Below, piece by piece: positions 7,590 through 17,798 of a stretch of 44,194 bases of DNA. Numbering within the stretch: position 1 is the first letter of the stretch; each line of letters starts with the position of its first letter. The stretch is from a virus. The notes below the pieces were generated by a model, which did not search any database, was not told the DNA's origin, and worked only from the letters and a program-made list of their open reading frames with translations. A program made the translations under genes and the position numbers. The stretch lies in UHGV virus genome UHGV-0204589, one strand, 5' to 3'.

Positions 7590-8994
7590 AAAGGTGATAG
7601 GAATGATATTCAAACGACAGGCAGAAGAAGATTTTAATGTTGAGTCAGTGGTATCCCCGGAGATGGAAAGCAAGATTGAAGAGTGCGCCAATATCTACCG
7701 GGGTACGCCCTATTGGGTGAACGCTGACGATAACGTTAAGACAATCAATTTTGCAAAGGCTATTTGCTCCGAGACGGCCCGGCTTGCCACGTTGGCTATT
7801 GGGATACAGATTGACGGGAGCGCGCGGGCGGCGTGGCTCAAGGAGCAGATTGATAAGATATATTTCCAGATTAGGCACTGGGTAGAATATGGTATGGCCT
7901 ACGGCACAATCATCCTTAAGCCCAATGGAAAGGGACTGGACATATTCACACCTATGGATTTTATCATTACGGATTGCGACAATGAAGGTATATATGGAAT
8001 CGTGTTCAAGGATAGCTACAACGAAAATGATAAATACTATACCCGATTTGAGTATCATCGGTTTGTCGAAGTCAAAGATGGGGAGAACACCTATTACCCA
8101 TATTACATATCCAATAGAGCTTATGTGTCTCACTCTGCAAAAAGTGTGGGGGACCCGATAGCATTAAATAGGACTAAGTGGTCCGATTTACTTCCAGAGA
8201 CACCACCTATACTTAAAGCAAATAATGAGAAAATCGATGGTCCCATGTTTGGCATACTACGCACTCCACAGGCTAATAATTTGGATATTTCATCACCTTT
8301 AGGATTGCCAATATATGCCGAGGCCATAGAGGAATTAAATGACCTTGATGTGGCATATAGTCGGAATGTGGGTGAAATATTTGACAGTGAGAAAATTATA
8401 TTAATTGATGACCAATTAATGCTTGGTGATGGAAGAAATTTAAAACGCCCAGGAGTAAATAAAGTTAAATTACCCCATTATGTAAGAAATGTATTTGGAA
8501 ATAGTAATGGAGAATTTTACCATGAGATTAATCCATCGTTAAATACTGATATAAGACTTACTGGAATTAATAATCTTCTTTCATTTATTGGATTCAAGTG
8601 CGGATACTCCAACGGGTACTTTGTACTTGACGAAAAAACAGGTATGGTCACAGCCACACAGGTAGAAGCTGACGACCGCCGCACTATCCAGTTAATCAAG
8701 GATGTGCGCGACAAACTGGAAAGCTGTCTTGACGGGGCAATATATGCGCTTAATGTATATGCGGACCTGTACGGACTGGCACCAGCCGGAAACTACGAAA
8801 TCACATATGATTTTGGGGACATTACATACAACCGTGAGGAGGACCGGGCAAGATGGTGGCAATATGTTGTGCAGGGGAAGGTTCCGGCCTGGATGTATTT
8901 TCAGAAATTTGAAGGTTTATCCAAAGCAGATGCAAAGGCTATGGTGCAGGAAGCGCAACCTAAAGAACGTCCGGGATTTTTTGGGGAGGAATAG
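7567..8994 (+). CDS. portal protein
   Basis: 475 aa immediately after terL; size, position and acidic C-terminus typical of siphovirus portals. Confidence 0.7.
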   Translation: MGLITWAKKVIGMIFKRQAEEDFNVESVVSPEMESKIEECANIYRGTPYWVNADDNVKTINFAKAICSETARLATLAIGIQIDGSARAAWLKEQIDKIYFQIRHWVEYGMAYGTIILKPNGKGLDIFTPMDFIITDCDNEGIYGIVFKDSYNENDKYYTRFEYHRFVEVKDGENTYYPYYISNRAYVSHSAKSVGDPIALNRTKWSDLLPETPPILKANNEKIDGPMFGILRTPQANNLDISSPLGLPIYAEAIEELNDLDVAYSRNVGEIFDSEKIILIDDQLMLGDGRNLKRPGVNKVKLPHYVRNVFGNSNGEFYHEINPSLNTDIRLTGINNLLSFIGFKCGYSNGYFVLDEKTGMVTATQVEADDRRTIQLIKDVRDKLESCLDGAIYALNVYADLYGLAPAGNYEITYDFGDITYNREEDRARWWQYVVQGKVPAWMYFQKFEGLSKADAKAMVQEAQPKERPGFFGEE

Positions 8995-8996
8995 AT

Positions 8997-9290
8997 ATGG
9001 AAACATTAAGATTCAAAGTAGAGAAACAACATATTGAATATATTTATCCGCATCCATATCTTGTGGCAGGAACACAGAATTATCTTGAATGTGATTTCTT
9101 ATTTGATGCATCTTGGATTGGGTATAATAAGGTGGCTGTATATGAGCAGAAATACTATGTCCCGATATTTAACTGTAAATGTCGTGTTCCAGATGATGTG
9201 GCAAGGCTAAAAAGATTCTCTGTGAAAGTAGTTGGAGAAAAGAAAGACGTAAGGATTGTAACGGATTTCGCGGTGGTAGACCAGGGGTGA
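8997..9290 (+). CDS. hypothetical protein
   Basis: 97-aa ORF between portal and large repeat protein. Confidence 0.45.
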   Translation: METLRFKVEKQHIEYIYPHPYLVAGTQNYLECDFLFDASWIGYNKVAVYEQKYYVPIFNCKCRVPDDVARLKRFSVKVVGEKKDVRIVTDFAVVDQG

Positions 9291-9296
9291 TAATAT

Positions 9297-12116
9297 ATGT
9301 ATGCTAATAATTTGGATGATGCATTTTCGGCATTTACATTAGGGGAAACAGAAGAGTGGGTAAAAAGTGATAAATACATGGATTATCCAGAATATCAAGA
9401 TGAAGAGTATACCTATATCGAGGGGCGTACAATTGGAGATATTACTGCGCAGATATCAGTGCAGGGAGAATCATACAGCCAGTACATATCTTTTGTGATG
9501 GATAGATATTATGACGGCATTGATTTAACTGGAATGTCTATATGGATACACTATGAATTAAAAGATGGAAGCGGCAGCGAAGATAGCCCAGTGAATGTAG
9601 AGTATAACAATAATGCTATCAGATTTGGGTGGATTATACCGGAAAAGGCAACACAACAGTCAGGAGACATTAAGATTGGTGTATGGGTTAACGGTACAGC
9701 ACCGAATACCAAGCCATATATATTAAAGACAAAAGAAAAGATATATACAATACATCAGGGATTAATCCCAGGGTCTGGCATTACACAGCCAGACCAGAAT
9801 TGGTTTGAGAATTTTGTTGTCCAAATTGATAGTAAGGTATCCACTGCCCAGGGATACGCCAATGATGCCCAGGCCAGTAAGACAGCCGCCGCCGGTTCCG
9901 CCGCCGAATCGGCACAGTCCGCCGCCGAATCGGCACAGGCTCTGGAGGATAACAGGGCATACGTGGAGTCCCAGAAGGAGACCTTCGTGGGCTATAACAA
10001 GCGTGAGACCGACCTCAAGTATGCCAATGCCCTGATTGGCACCGCATCCGGTATGGGCCGGGTTACGGTGGGGGATGCGTGGGAAGCGCCGGTGACTGAC
10101 CTGGAGGTTTCGGGCAGGAGTGAGCAGATGGTGACGACCGGGGCACAGCTACTGGATTGTAGTAAACTAAATAAGAGCGCAGGCGGAGCCGTTGTCAATT
10201 ATGGTGATGGAGGTTACAGCATATCCGGTACAGGAGCATTGACTGCTTCTTTCACAGCATCCTACACCCTGGATATTAAAAATGTCCTTAAACCAGGGAA
10301 TCTCATATTAAAAAGCCAACCGACCATGCCTAAACTGTACATACGTATATGGGATGGCAGTAACGTGTTGGTAGAAATGCAGGGAAACAGCACAAAACAG
10401 ATAACCCAAGACATGATTGACAATGAAAATGTGCGCGTAGAATGCTTTTTTCACGGAAACGCTGGAAGCACCATCACGCCTGGAACATATCATCCCATGC
10501 TGTATCAGTCCGGTGATGGGACCTGGGAACCCTACACCGGAGGCAAGCCATCCCCCAGCCCGGAGTATCCGCAGCCTATCATCAGTACAGGGACGGTTAC
10601 AACGGGAGCGCAGTTGTTTGACGCAAGTAAGATACCCACTAAGTCAGCAGGTGGGGCAACCGTAACCAACAATGGTGATGGGAGCTTTATAGTCGATGGA
10701 AGCGGTAATTTGACTGGAGAGTATTTCTGCCAGTACAACTATTCCAGAGAAGAAACCCTAAAGCTTGTGAAACCGGGAAAATACAGCATGACGTTTTCTT
10801 CGGTATATCCACTAGTAAATTATATAGTACAGGGGACAGGCGTATCCAAAGCGATTAGAAATTCCACTGGTGCCGCAGTTGAAATAACGGAAGCCGATTT
10901 AGCCGTTGAAGATGTAACACTTTCGATTTCTATTTATGGAGGGGCTGGCAGGACAATCACGCCGGGAATTATAAAGCCTATGGTGTGGGCAAAAGAGACA
11001 CTTCCGAGAGATTCAGACTGGGAACCCTACACAGGCGGTAAGCCCAGCCCATCGCCGGATTATCCGCAGACGATGGATGTGACGGTGACGGGGGCGCAGT
11101 TGCTTGATGCCAGTAAAATACCAGATAGAAGCAGTGGGGGAATAACGGTCACTAATACAAGCGCAGGTAGTATTATTAGTGGTGACGGACCTATTACTAC
11201 CAAGTTTGATTTACGAACAATACTAACCCACGAAGAAACTATGGGATTACTCGGAAATGAAAGAACGTTTACGTTATCTTCCGATACAGTTGTCTATCCT
11301 TATTTCTTTTTCGGCTTTTATGATAAAAATGGCGGGGTAATGAATTTACAATTGTCAGGAATGACTCAAGTCACAAAGACACTACCTGATGTGGCAGATA
11401 TTGATACTTTATATGTCCAATATGGGTATTTCGGAGATAAGGATGTATCAATAGTTGCCGGTGAACAGAAAGTAATGTTAAATACCGGGACCACAGCCCT
11501 CCCCTGGCAGCCCTACCAGTCCAGTACCGCAGCCATCACCCTGACGGAGCCGTTACGCGGTATCGGGGATGTACGGGACAGGATAATGTGCAGGGACGGC
11601 GTGTGGGGGATTGAACGGAAGATAGTACCATTAATCCTCAATGGCAGTGAGGCTTGGCATCAGTTTAACACCAGTGGTTCTAAGTCATTTGGTGCAGCAG
11701 ACTTCGATAGTCGGATAAAAATTGATTCCGCTCTCTTATGTGATAGATTAAGCGAGGATGTAACTAATAATGTATGGATTGGGAAACGTGATAATACCAT
11801 TTCCACATCAGGAAGTAGTACAAGATATATAAGGATATTTCTGAATAGCACTGCCACGTTAGATACCCTTAAAGCCTTGTTGTCAGCAGAACCAATGCAT
11901 GTAATAGCAGAGCGAAAGTCACCCGCCTGGGAACCCCTCCCCGCCGACACCCAGTCCGCCCTGTCCGCCCTTACCACCTACACCGGCACCACGCATGTGA
12001 CCATCACGGCAGGAGGGCCGGAACCGGATGTGGGGCTGGGGTACGTGCAGGATACAAACGTTGTGATTGCTGAGTTAAAAAAACTGATAGAAGGAATGCA
12101 GAATGTTAAGTCCTAA
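9297..12116 (+). CDS. large (939 aa) repeat-containing fibre-like/decoration-like structural protein: N-terminal globular domain, Ala/Gln-rich linker, three ~160-aa internal repeats each starting WEPYTGGKPSPSP(E/D)YPQ
   Basis: internal repeats visible in translation and at nucleotide level (10520-10580 vs 11020-11080); located between portal and head-morphogenesis genes. Confidence 0.6.
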   Translation: MYANNLDDAFSAFTLGETEEWVKSDKYMDYPEYQDEEYTYIEGRTIGDITAQISVQGESYSQYISFVMDRYYDGIDLTGMSIWIHYELKDGSGSEDSPVNVEYNNNAIRFGWIIPEKATQQSGDIKIGVWVNGTAPNTKPYILKTKEKIYTIHQGLIPGSGITQPDQNWFENFVVQIDSKVSTAQGYANDAQASKTAAAGSAAESAQSAAESAQALEDNRAYVESQKETFVGYNKRETDLKYANALIGTASGMGRVTVGDAWEAPVTDLEVSGRSEQMVTTGAQLLDCSKLNKSAGGAVVNYGDGGYSISGTGALTASFTASYTLDIKNVLKPGNLILKSQPTMPKLYIRIWDGSNVLVEMQGNSTKQITQDMIDNENVRVECFFHGNAGSTITPGTYHPMLYQSGDGTWEPYTGGKPSPSPEYPQPIISTGTVTTGAQLFDASKIPTKSAGGATVTNNGDGSFIVDGSGNLTGEYFCQYNYSREETLKLVKPGKYSMTFSSVYPLVNYIVQGTGVSKAIRNSTGAAVEITEADLAVEDVTLSISIYGGAGRTITPGIIKPMVWAKETLPRDSDWEPYTGGKPSPSPDYPQTMDVTVTGAQLLDASKIPDRSSGGITVTNTSAGSIISGDGPITTKFDLRTILTHEETMGLLGNERTFTLSSDTVVYPYFFFGFYDKNGGVMNLQLSGMTQVTKTLPDVADIDTLYVQYGYFGDKDVSIVAGEQKVMLNTGTTALPWQPYQSSTAAITLTEPLRGIGDVRDRIMCRDGVWGIERKIVPLILNGSEAWHQFNTSGSKSFGAADFDSRIKIDSALLCDRLSEDVTNNVWIGKRDNTISTSGSSTRYIRIFLNSTATLDTLKALLSAEPMHVIAERKSPAWEPLPADTQSALSALTTYTGTTHVTITAGGPEPDVGLGYVQDTNVVIAELKKLIEGMQNVKS
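9897..9938. repeat. perfect 21-bp tandem repeat TCCGCCGCCGAATCGGCACAG x2 in a GC-rich patch of the 939-aa gene
   Basis: seen in sequence; encodes AESAQS repeat. Confidence 0.9.
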
Positions 12117-13335
12117 TTATCTACAGCATATAGCAGAGGGAAGTGAAGAAATAGCCTCCCAGCTCCATACATATATCATACGACAGATAATAGACCGCAT
12201 GATGATACGTATTGGGCGCGGAGATGATTATTTGCTTACATCCTCTGACAGATGGCGCATCCAGATATTACAGGACGCAGGGTATCTGCTGGAGGATATA
12301 ACAGCAGAGTTATCCAAGTATACCAAGCGGCAGGAAAAAGAGATTAAAGCGGCTATGGAGGATGCCGGGATAAAAGCACTGGAATATGACCATAAGATAT
12401 ACGAGGCCGCCGGCTTGTCCTCTATGCCGCTGACACAATCCCCGGCGCTTATCCGGCTGATGGAACGGAATTATCGGACAACGCTAGGGGAATGGAAAAA
12501 TTACACTAGGACAACGGCGCAATCTGCTCAAAGATTATTTATTAACGAGTGCGATATGGCCTATAACAAAGTTATGAGTGGAGCAACATCTTACACACAA
12601 GCAGTTAAAGAGGCTGTAGAAAATGTGGCCAGTGGGGGTATTACTCTTATTCAATATAGAAGTAAAAATACCGGAGACATAAGAAATGACACGATAGAAA
12701 CAGCTACGGCGCGGGCTGTGCGGACAGGTATATCACAGGCAACAGCACAGATAACATTGAAGCGCATGGAAGAGATGAAATGGGAAGTCGTGCTTGTGTC
12801 TGCACATGTAGGCGCAAGAAATATTGGAGGAATACCAGAGAATCATGAGCTTTGGCAAGGAAAATTTTACAGCCTTCCACAATACGGACATAGGTATCCT
12901 GATTTCTATTATTCTACGGGATATGGGGATATTACTGGATTATGTGGAGTAAATTGCAGGCATAGTTTTGGACCAGGGGATGGAGAGAATAATCCATATG
13001 ACACAATAGAAACAGAAGAAAACCGGAAAGTGTATGAAGCAGAGCAACGACAACGTGCCCTTGAACGCCGCGTCCGCAAGACCAAGCGCGAGGTTATGGG
13101 CATGCAGAAGGCCGTAGAGAAGTGCCAGGACGAGGCGGCAAAGTTTGAGCTACAGCAAGCACTTGACCGGAAGTCCTACCTGCTACAGAAGCAGAATAAG
13201 GCATATAACGATTACTGTAAGGCTAATGACCTGCGGACGCAGGCGGAGCGGCTTGCCGTGGCAAAATGGAGCCGTGAGCAGGCGGCAAAGGCCAGGGGAG
13301 CAGCGCGGCGGTATCAGAATGCGAAAGGGGAATGA
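12103..13335 (+). CDS. head morphogenesis / minor capsid protein, SPP1 gp7 / Mu F-like
   Basis: C-terminal conserved block VLVSAHVGARNIGG...GLCGVNCRHSFGPG; position after portal. Confidence 0.8.
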   Translation: MLSPNYLQHIAEGSEEIASQLHTYIIRQIIDRMMIRIGRGDDYLLTSSDRWRIQILQDAGYLLEDITAELSKYTKRQEKEIKAAMEDAGIKALEYDHKIYEAAGLSSMPLTQSPALIRLMERNYRTTLGEWKNYTRTTAQSAQRLFINECDMAYNKVMSGATSYTQAVKEAVENVASGGITLIQYRSKNTGDIRNDTIETATARAVRTGISQATAQITLKRMEEMKWEVVLVSAHVGARNIGGIPENHELWQGKFYSLPQYGHRYPDFYYSTGYGDITGLCGVNCRHSFGPGDGENNPYDTIETEENRKVYEAEQRQRALERRVRKTKREVMGMQKAVEKCQDEAAKFELQQALDRKSYLLQKQNKAYNDYCKANDLRTQAERLAVAKWSREQAAKARGAARRYQNAKGE

Positions 13336-13868
13336 TTATGGATGAGGTATGGAAAGATATACCCGGTTATGAGGGATTGTACCAGGTGAGTAATTTAGGG
13401 CGAGTTAAAAGCTTTCGAGGGAGTGCAAAATTTGGGAAGCCCGAAGAACTGATTTTAAAACCATCTTTAATTAATTCCGGGTATCATGTTGTAACGCTTT
13501 ATTCCAAGAACCGAGAAAAACATAAATTTCAAGTTCATAGGCTTGTGGCAGAAACTTTTATTGATAATCCCAATAGTTTTCCGTGCGTTAATCACAAGGA
13601 TGAGGATAAATTAAATAACTGTGTTTCAAACCTTGAATGGTGTACATATCAGTACAACAATAATTATGGAACCGCAAGAATACGAGCTGTTGAGAGTACA
13701 ATGAAAGCTATCATGCAAATGACATTAGATGGAATCCATATTGCTACATATCGCTCTGTCACAATAGCTTCTGAATTACTAAAGTATTCTCCGTCAAGTT
13801 TGCGGAAATGGTGTGATTCTGGCATTGGAGGAGGATATAAATGGAGGTACAGCAATGAACCGATTTAA
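13332..13868 (+). CDS. HNH homing endonuclease (NUMOD4 + HNH_3 + C-terminal HTH)
   Basis: IPGYEGLYQVSNLGRVKS (NUMOD4); HVVTLY...HRLVAETF...NHKDEDKLNNCVSNLEW (HNH). Confidence 0.85.
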   Translation: MIMDEVWKDIPGYEGLYQVSNLGRVKSFRGSAKFGKPEELILKPSLINSGYHVVTLYSKNREKHKFQVHRLVAETFIDNPNSFPCVNHKDEDKLNNCVSNLEWCTYQYNNNYGTARIRAVESTMKAIMQMTLDGIHIATYRSVTIASELLKYSPSSLRKWCDSGIGGGYKWRYSNEPI

Positions 13869-14238
13869 GTATTATAACCCAAATCCCTCTAAAGGAAAAA
13901 GAGTCGGTGATTGCCCAATCCGGGCTATAACCAAAGCCCTAGATAGCGACTGGGAAACGGTATTTGCAGGTGTAACCGTTTGCGCCTGTGCTTTATCTGA
14001 TATGCCGTCTGCAAACCATGTATGGGGGTCCTACTTGCGGCAGAATGGATTCAAACGGTACATAGTGGATGACCATGGACAGGATGTATACACGGTCGAG
14101 AATTTTTGTCAGGATAATCCTACGGGAACATACATATTAGCAATTACAGGGCATGTGGTGTGTGTGCAGGATGGTTATTACTGGGATACATGGGACAGCG
14201 GGCAGGAGATACCAATATACTACTGGGAAAGGCGATAA
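13855..14238 (+). CDS. hypothetical protein with Cys...His pattern (possible papain-like peptidase fold)
   Basis: RBS GGAGG before ATG 13855; GDCPIRAI ... GHVVCV. Confidence 0.45.
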   Translation: MNRFKYYNPNPSKGKRVGDCPIRAITKALDSDWETVFAGVTVCACALSDMPSANHVWGSYLRQNGFKRYIVDDHGQDVYTVENFCQDNPTGTYILAITGHVVCVQDGYYWDTWDSGQEIPIYYWERR

Positions 14239-14241
14239 CTT

Positions 14242-14535
14242 ATGGAAACATTAAACTCTATTATGGTTGTATGCGGTTGGCTTATTACTCTTGGAGGTGC
14301 AGGAGCCGTAATATACAAATTGTTGCATCCAGCATTTAAGCTAAAAAACCGAGTGGATAAATTAGAAATAAATGTGGAAAAGGATTATAAATCTATCCAA
14401 GAAATAAGAGATATGCAATCTCTTTTATGCCAAGGAATGATAGCATTAATTGATAATCGTATAACCGGTAACAACATAGAGGGTTTAAAAAAAACCAAAG
14501 AAGCTATGATAAAGCATTTGTCAGAAGGTATTTAA
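14242..14535 (+). CDS. small membrane protein (N-terminal TM helix plus coiled coil)
   Basis: VVCGWLITLGGAGAVIY hydrophobic segment. Confidence 0.5.
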   Translation: METLNSIMVVCGWLITLGGAGAVIYKLLHPAFKLKNRVDKLEINVEKDYKSIQEIRDMQSLLCQGMIALIDNRITGNNIEGLKKTKEAMIKHLSEGI

Positions 14536-14546
14536 GGAGCGTTACT

Positions 14547-14747
14547 TTGAAAGTATATGACTTTACAGTGCCAGAACTAAATTATTTTCGTACATATTGC
14601 AACTTTACAGATGAAGAGCGGGCGCTGTTTGAGTACCGGGCTAAAAATTATCCTTTAGAATATTGCGCTGAACTGATGAACGTAAGTGTATCCACAGTCA
14701 AGAGATTAAGCAGAAAAGTAAACAACAAAATCATAAGGGTGTGTTAA
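14547..14747 (+). CDS. small HTH regulator, sigma-70 region 4 / LuxR(GerE)-like
   Basis: TTG start with RBS AAGGAG; EERALFEYRAKNYPLEYCAELMNVSVSTVKRLSRKV resembles LuxR/GerE-type HTH. Confidence 0.5.
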   Translation: MKVYDFTVPELNYFRTYCNFTDEERALFEYRAKNYPLEYCAELMNVSVSTVKRLSRKVNNKIIRVC

Positions 14748-14763
14748 TAAGGGAGAAAACAAT

Positions 14764-14949
14764 TTGAAACAGTTTGCAGATAAAAGTGAGTTAATTATAA
14801 ATTGTGGAAGAACACCCACGCGGGGGAATTGGGTGTCTGTAAAATGGAATGGATTTGAAATAAAATTATCAGACAATGACCAAGTTGCTATTACACAGCA
14901 AGCATTAAAAGATATGTGTATAAAATGCTTAACCGAATTGTTTGGATGA
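14764..14949 (+). CDS. hypothetical protein
   Basis: TTG start, RBS GGGAGA. Confidence 0.4.
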   Translation: MKQFADKSELIINCGRTPTRGNWVSVKWNGFEIKLSDNDQVAITQQALKDMCIKCLTELFG

Positions 14950-14990
14950 TTTTGGATATTAGAATACTTTCGTGATACTTTTATAAGTCT

Positions 14991-15033
14991 TTGACGAACT
15001 GTCAGAGGCTTATTTTTTATGGGATAATTGGAT
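14991..15033 (+). promoter_or_regulatory. promoter-like sequence (TTGACG ... TGGGATAAT extended -10) upstream of cargo gene cluster
   Basis: seen in sequence; weak spacing fit. Confidence 0.3.
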
Positions 15034-15056
15034 TATAAAAGAACGGAGGGGATATA

Positions 15057-15527
15057 ATGCCGCAACCATTTATCAATCCAAACTATCTGAATACATATCC
15101 AAATGCATACCCATATCAGCCGCAGATGCAACCACCTATGGACCGATTGCAACAGCTACAGGCACCATATCAGATGCAACAGCAGACGCAAGTTCCGCAG
15201 GTTCCTCAGACGAATCAGGGTATCTTATGGGTACAGGGAGAGGCCGGGGCAAAGTCATATTTAGTAGCGCCCAGCACATCTATATTGCTGATGGACAGCG
15301 AAAATGAGTATTTTTACATTAAGACGACCGATGCGGCAGGAATGCCAACGCTTCGCACTTTTGAATATAAAGAGATTGTAAATGGTCAGAAAAAGGAATC
15401 TGCACCGGCTGAAAATCTGGATGAAAAATATGTTACAAGAAACGAGTATCAGGATTTAAAGGCAAAATATGATGAATTATATGGCCTTTTAGAATCCAGC
15501 ACAGCGCCAAGCGGAAAGGGGAAATAA
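15057..15527 (+). CDS. Gln/Pro-rich low-complexity N-terminus plus beta-rich C-terminal domain; GerQ-like spore-coat-protein-like architecture (tentative)
   Basis: RBS GGAGGGG; PYQPQMQPPMDRLQQLQAPYQMQQQTQVPQ; resemblance to coat proteins is by composition only. Confidence 0.5.
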   Translation: MPQPFINPNYLNTYPNAYPYQPQMQPPMDRLQQLQAPYQMQQQTQVPQVPQTNQGILWVQGEAGAKSYLVAPSTSILLMDSENEYFYIKTTDAAGMPTLRTFEYKEIVNGQKKESAPAENLDEKYVTRNEYQDLKAKYDELYGLLESSTAPSGKGK

Positions 15528-15530
15528 TAT

Positions 15531-15779
15531 ATGAATCCATTATTTAGCATGTTGGGCGGCGGTTCACCAATGGGCGGCATGATGCCTGGAATGGGCGGGG
15601 GAAACAACCCAATGCAGATGATTCAGAGGTTTATGGAATTTAAGAACAACTTCAAGGGGAATCCCCAGGAAGAAGTGCAGAAGATGCTCCAGTCTGGTCA
15701 GATTACCCAGCAACAGTTAGACCAAGCCCAGCAGATGGCCCAGCAGTTTCAGCAGATGCTTGGAGGCATGAAAAAATAG
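15531..15779 (+). CDS. Gly/Met/Gln-rich low-complexity small protein
   Basis: GGGSPMGGMMPGMGGGNNPMQM ... QQLDQAQQMAQQFQQM. Confidence 0.5.
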   Translation: MNPLFSMLGGGSPMGGMMPGMGGGNNPMQMIQRFMEFKNNFKGNPQEEVQKMLQSGQITQQQLDQAQQMAQQFQQMLGGMKK

Positions 15780-15832
15780 TACATAAATCAATGCGCATGA
15801 TTTTGTAAATAAATTTAAAGGAGTAAATATTT

Positions 15833-16543
15833 ATGGAAAGTGGTTACTCTTTAGCGGACATTGCAGCCGCTACAGGAAACGGAAATAACAGAAATGGTGA
15901 CGGTATGTGGGGCGATTGGATTTGGATTATCGTTCTCTTCCTGTTCGCCGGGGGAGGCTGGGGCAATGGCTTCGGCGGCAACGGTGCAAATGGAGCGGGA
16001 CTCCAGGGTCTTGCTACCAGAGCAGATATCAATGAGGGCTTTGCTTTGAACGGTATAGAAAACGGAATTAGGGGTATCCAGCAGGGTATCTGTGACAGCA
16101 CATACGCACTGAACAACACTATTACCAGCGGATTCAACGGTGTTGACCGCAGCTTATGCCAGATGGGCTATCAGCTCCAGGATTGCTGCTGCCAGACACA
16201 GCGCGCAATTGACGGCGTAAACTACAATCTGGCTACACAGTCATGTGATACCAGAAATACAATCCAGAACGCAACAAGGGATTTACTGGATAACAACAAC
16301 AGCAACACCAGGGCTATCCTTGACTTCTTGACCCAGGACAAAATTTCCAGCCTCCAAGCAGAAAATCAGACTCTTAGGTTCCAGGCAAGCCAGACTGCCC
16401 AGAACGGCTTTATTGATGCAGTTGGTAACACCATCGTTGCACAGCTTCGTCAGCCGCAGCCTGTACCGGCTTATACGGTTCCAGCGCCATATCCATATGC
16501 ATCTAACTGTGGTTGTGGATGCAATACTGGATGCGGGTGCTAA
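15833..16543 (+). CDS. membrane-anchored Gly/Asn-rich, Cys-rich protein ending NCGCGCNTGCGC
   Basis: TM segment WIWIIVLFLFAGGGW; DCCCQ cluster; terminal CGC repeats. Confidence 0.55.
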   Translation: MESGYSLADIAAATGNGNNRNGDGMWGDWIWIIVLFLFAGGGWGNGFGGNGANGAGLQGLATRADINEGFALNGIENGIRGIQQGICDSTYALNNTITSGFNGVDRSLCQMGYQLQDCCCQTQRAIDGVNYNLATQSCDTRNTIQNATRDLLDNNNSNTRAILDFLTQDKISSLQAENQTLRFQASQTAQNGFIDAVGNTIVAQLRQPQPVPAYTVPAPYPYASNCGCGCNTGCGC

Positions 16544-16749
16544 TGAGAAACGAACAGTTTTACGATAATCTTGCTCTATATGCAACTGCATTGCAAATGA
16601 TAGATTTGCTTTTACTCGTTGGTGACGTTTCTAATAGTGATATATTAGAAGCGTTGCGACAGCAAAATAAGGAATACATGGAGAAGATTATCAACCAAAA
16701 CAACCGTATATTGCGTATCTTGTCCGAAAAGGACATGTCTACTGAATAG
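16543..16749 (+). CDS. hypothetical protein (overlaps previous stop, TAATG)
   Basis: MRNEQFYDNLALYATALQMIDLLLLVGD. Confidence 0.45.
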   Translation: MRNEQFYDNLALYATALQMIDLLLLVGDVSNSDILEALRQQNKEYMEKIINQNNRILRILSEKDMSTE

Positions 16750-16815
16750 TAGTATTACACACATAGAGGGGTAGGCACAGGCTTGCCCTTCTGTGCATAT
16801 AAGGAGGATTTTATT

Positions 16816-17214
16816 ATGGCAGATTTTGTAACTGCTGGCACACAGACTGTTGAAGTCAATGGAAGTGTACTGTTTGCAGCAAACCGGGTATATTCCTGTA
16901 ATTGCCCAAATATAAGGCACGAGCCACTTTCTGGGAGAGTGGTTTTACTTCCTGGCCTGTACCGTGTAGGCTTTAACGGAAACTTTTCCGCAGCCGCAGC
17001 AGGTGACGTTATCTTTGAAGTGCAGCAGGACGGCGAAGGCATTCCCGGTGCAAGAATACAGAACACAGTTGCCACCGGCGCAACAATCAATGGAGCAGCA
17101 ACTGTAGAAGTAAGGGTGTGCAAACCATGTTGCGCTACCTTATCGGTAAAAAACGTTGGAGCCACAGCGGCGACAGTATCAGACGCTAACCTTGTTGTTA
17201 GCAGAATAGGTTAA
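16816..17214 (+). CDS. Ala/Gly/Val-rich beta protein, possible BclA-C-terminal-domain (C1q/TNF-like)-like
   Basis: RBS AAGGAGG; ...ATGATINGAATVEVRV...ATLSVKNVGATAATVSDANLVVSRIG; tentative fold guess. Confidence 0.45.
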   Translation: MADFVTAGTQTVEVNGSVLFAANRVYSCNCPNIRHEPLSGRVVLLPGLYRVGFNGNFSAAAAGDVIFEVQQDGEGIPGARIQNTVATGATINGAATVEVRVCKPCCATLSVKNVGATAATVSDANLVVSRIG

Positions 17215-17226
17215 GGGGGTAAGGCT

Positions 17227-17766
17227 ATGAGTTATAAGATGATGCAGAATATCCATGAAGAGCTGGATAAGATTGCGGAAAAGGGCCTGAACACTAGCAA
17301 CCTTGAAACCGCATACAAACTGATAGACATGTGGAAAGACATGGAGAATGTAGAGTACTGGAAGTGCAAAGAAGAGTACTACAATCAGGTAATGGACGAA
17401 ATGGACGGCGGAGAATACAGCGAAGCGCGTCGCAAGCGCGACAGCATGGGACGTTATAGCCGTGCTGATGGAATGTCGCAGGACTATGATAGTGACAGTT
17501 CTTATCGCGGCACACGCGGGAAACATTACGTCAGAGGACACTACAGCCGTGCGACCGGTCCGGCCTATGACGACTACATGAATCAGAAGCAGAGCTACAG
17601 AAGCGGCGGGAAAGATGAAGATTGCAAGCGGCGTATGCTTGCGGCACTTGAACATCACATGGATGAATTGACCGAGGAACTGGGCGAGATGAGCCGTGAC
17701 GCTGAGTGCAGAGAGGAAAGGGAGGTCATGAAACGCTATATAGAAAAACTGCGTAACATGATGTAA
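17227..17766 (+). CDS. charged Tyr/Arg/Ser-rich protein with YSRA repeats
   Basis: RBS AAGGGGG; GRYSRADG...HYVRGHYSRATGPAYDDY. Confidence 0.5.
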   Translation: MSYKMMQNIHEELDKIAEKGLNTSNLETAYKLIDMWKDMENVEYWKCKEEYYNQVMDEMDGGEYSEARRKRDSMGRYSRADGMSQDYDSDSSYRGTRGKHYVRGHYSRATGPAYDDYMNQKQSYRSGGKDEDCKRRMLAALEHHMDELTEELGEMSRDAECREEREVMKRYIEKLRNMM

Positions 17767-17773
17767 TCTAAAA

Positions 17774-17798
17774 GGCAGGATTAACTTCCTGCCTTTTT
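17774..17798. terminator. bidirectional rho-independent terminator GGCAGGA-TTAACT-TCCTGCC plus T-run, between convergent genes
   Basis: perfect 7-bp stem, T5 on + strand and A-run upstream. Confidence 0.8.
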
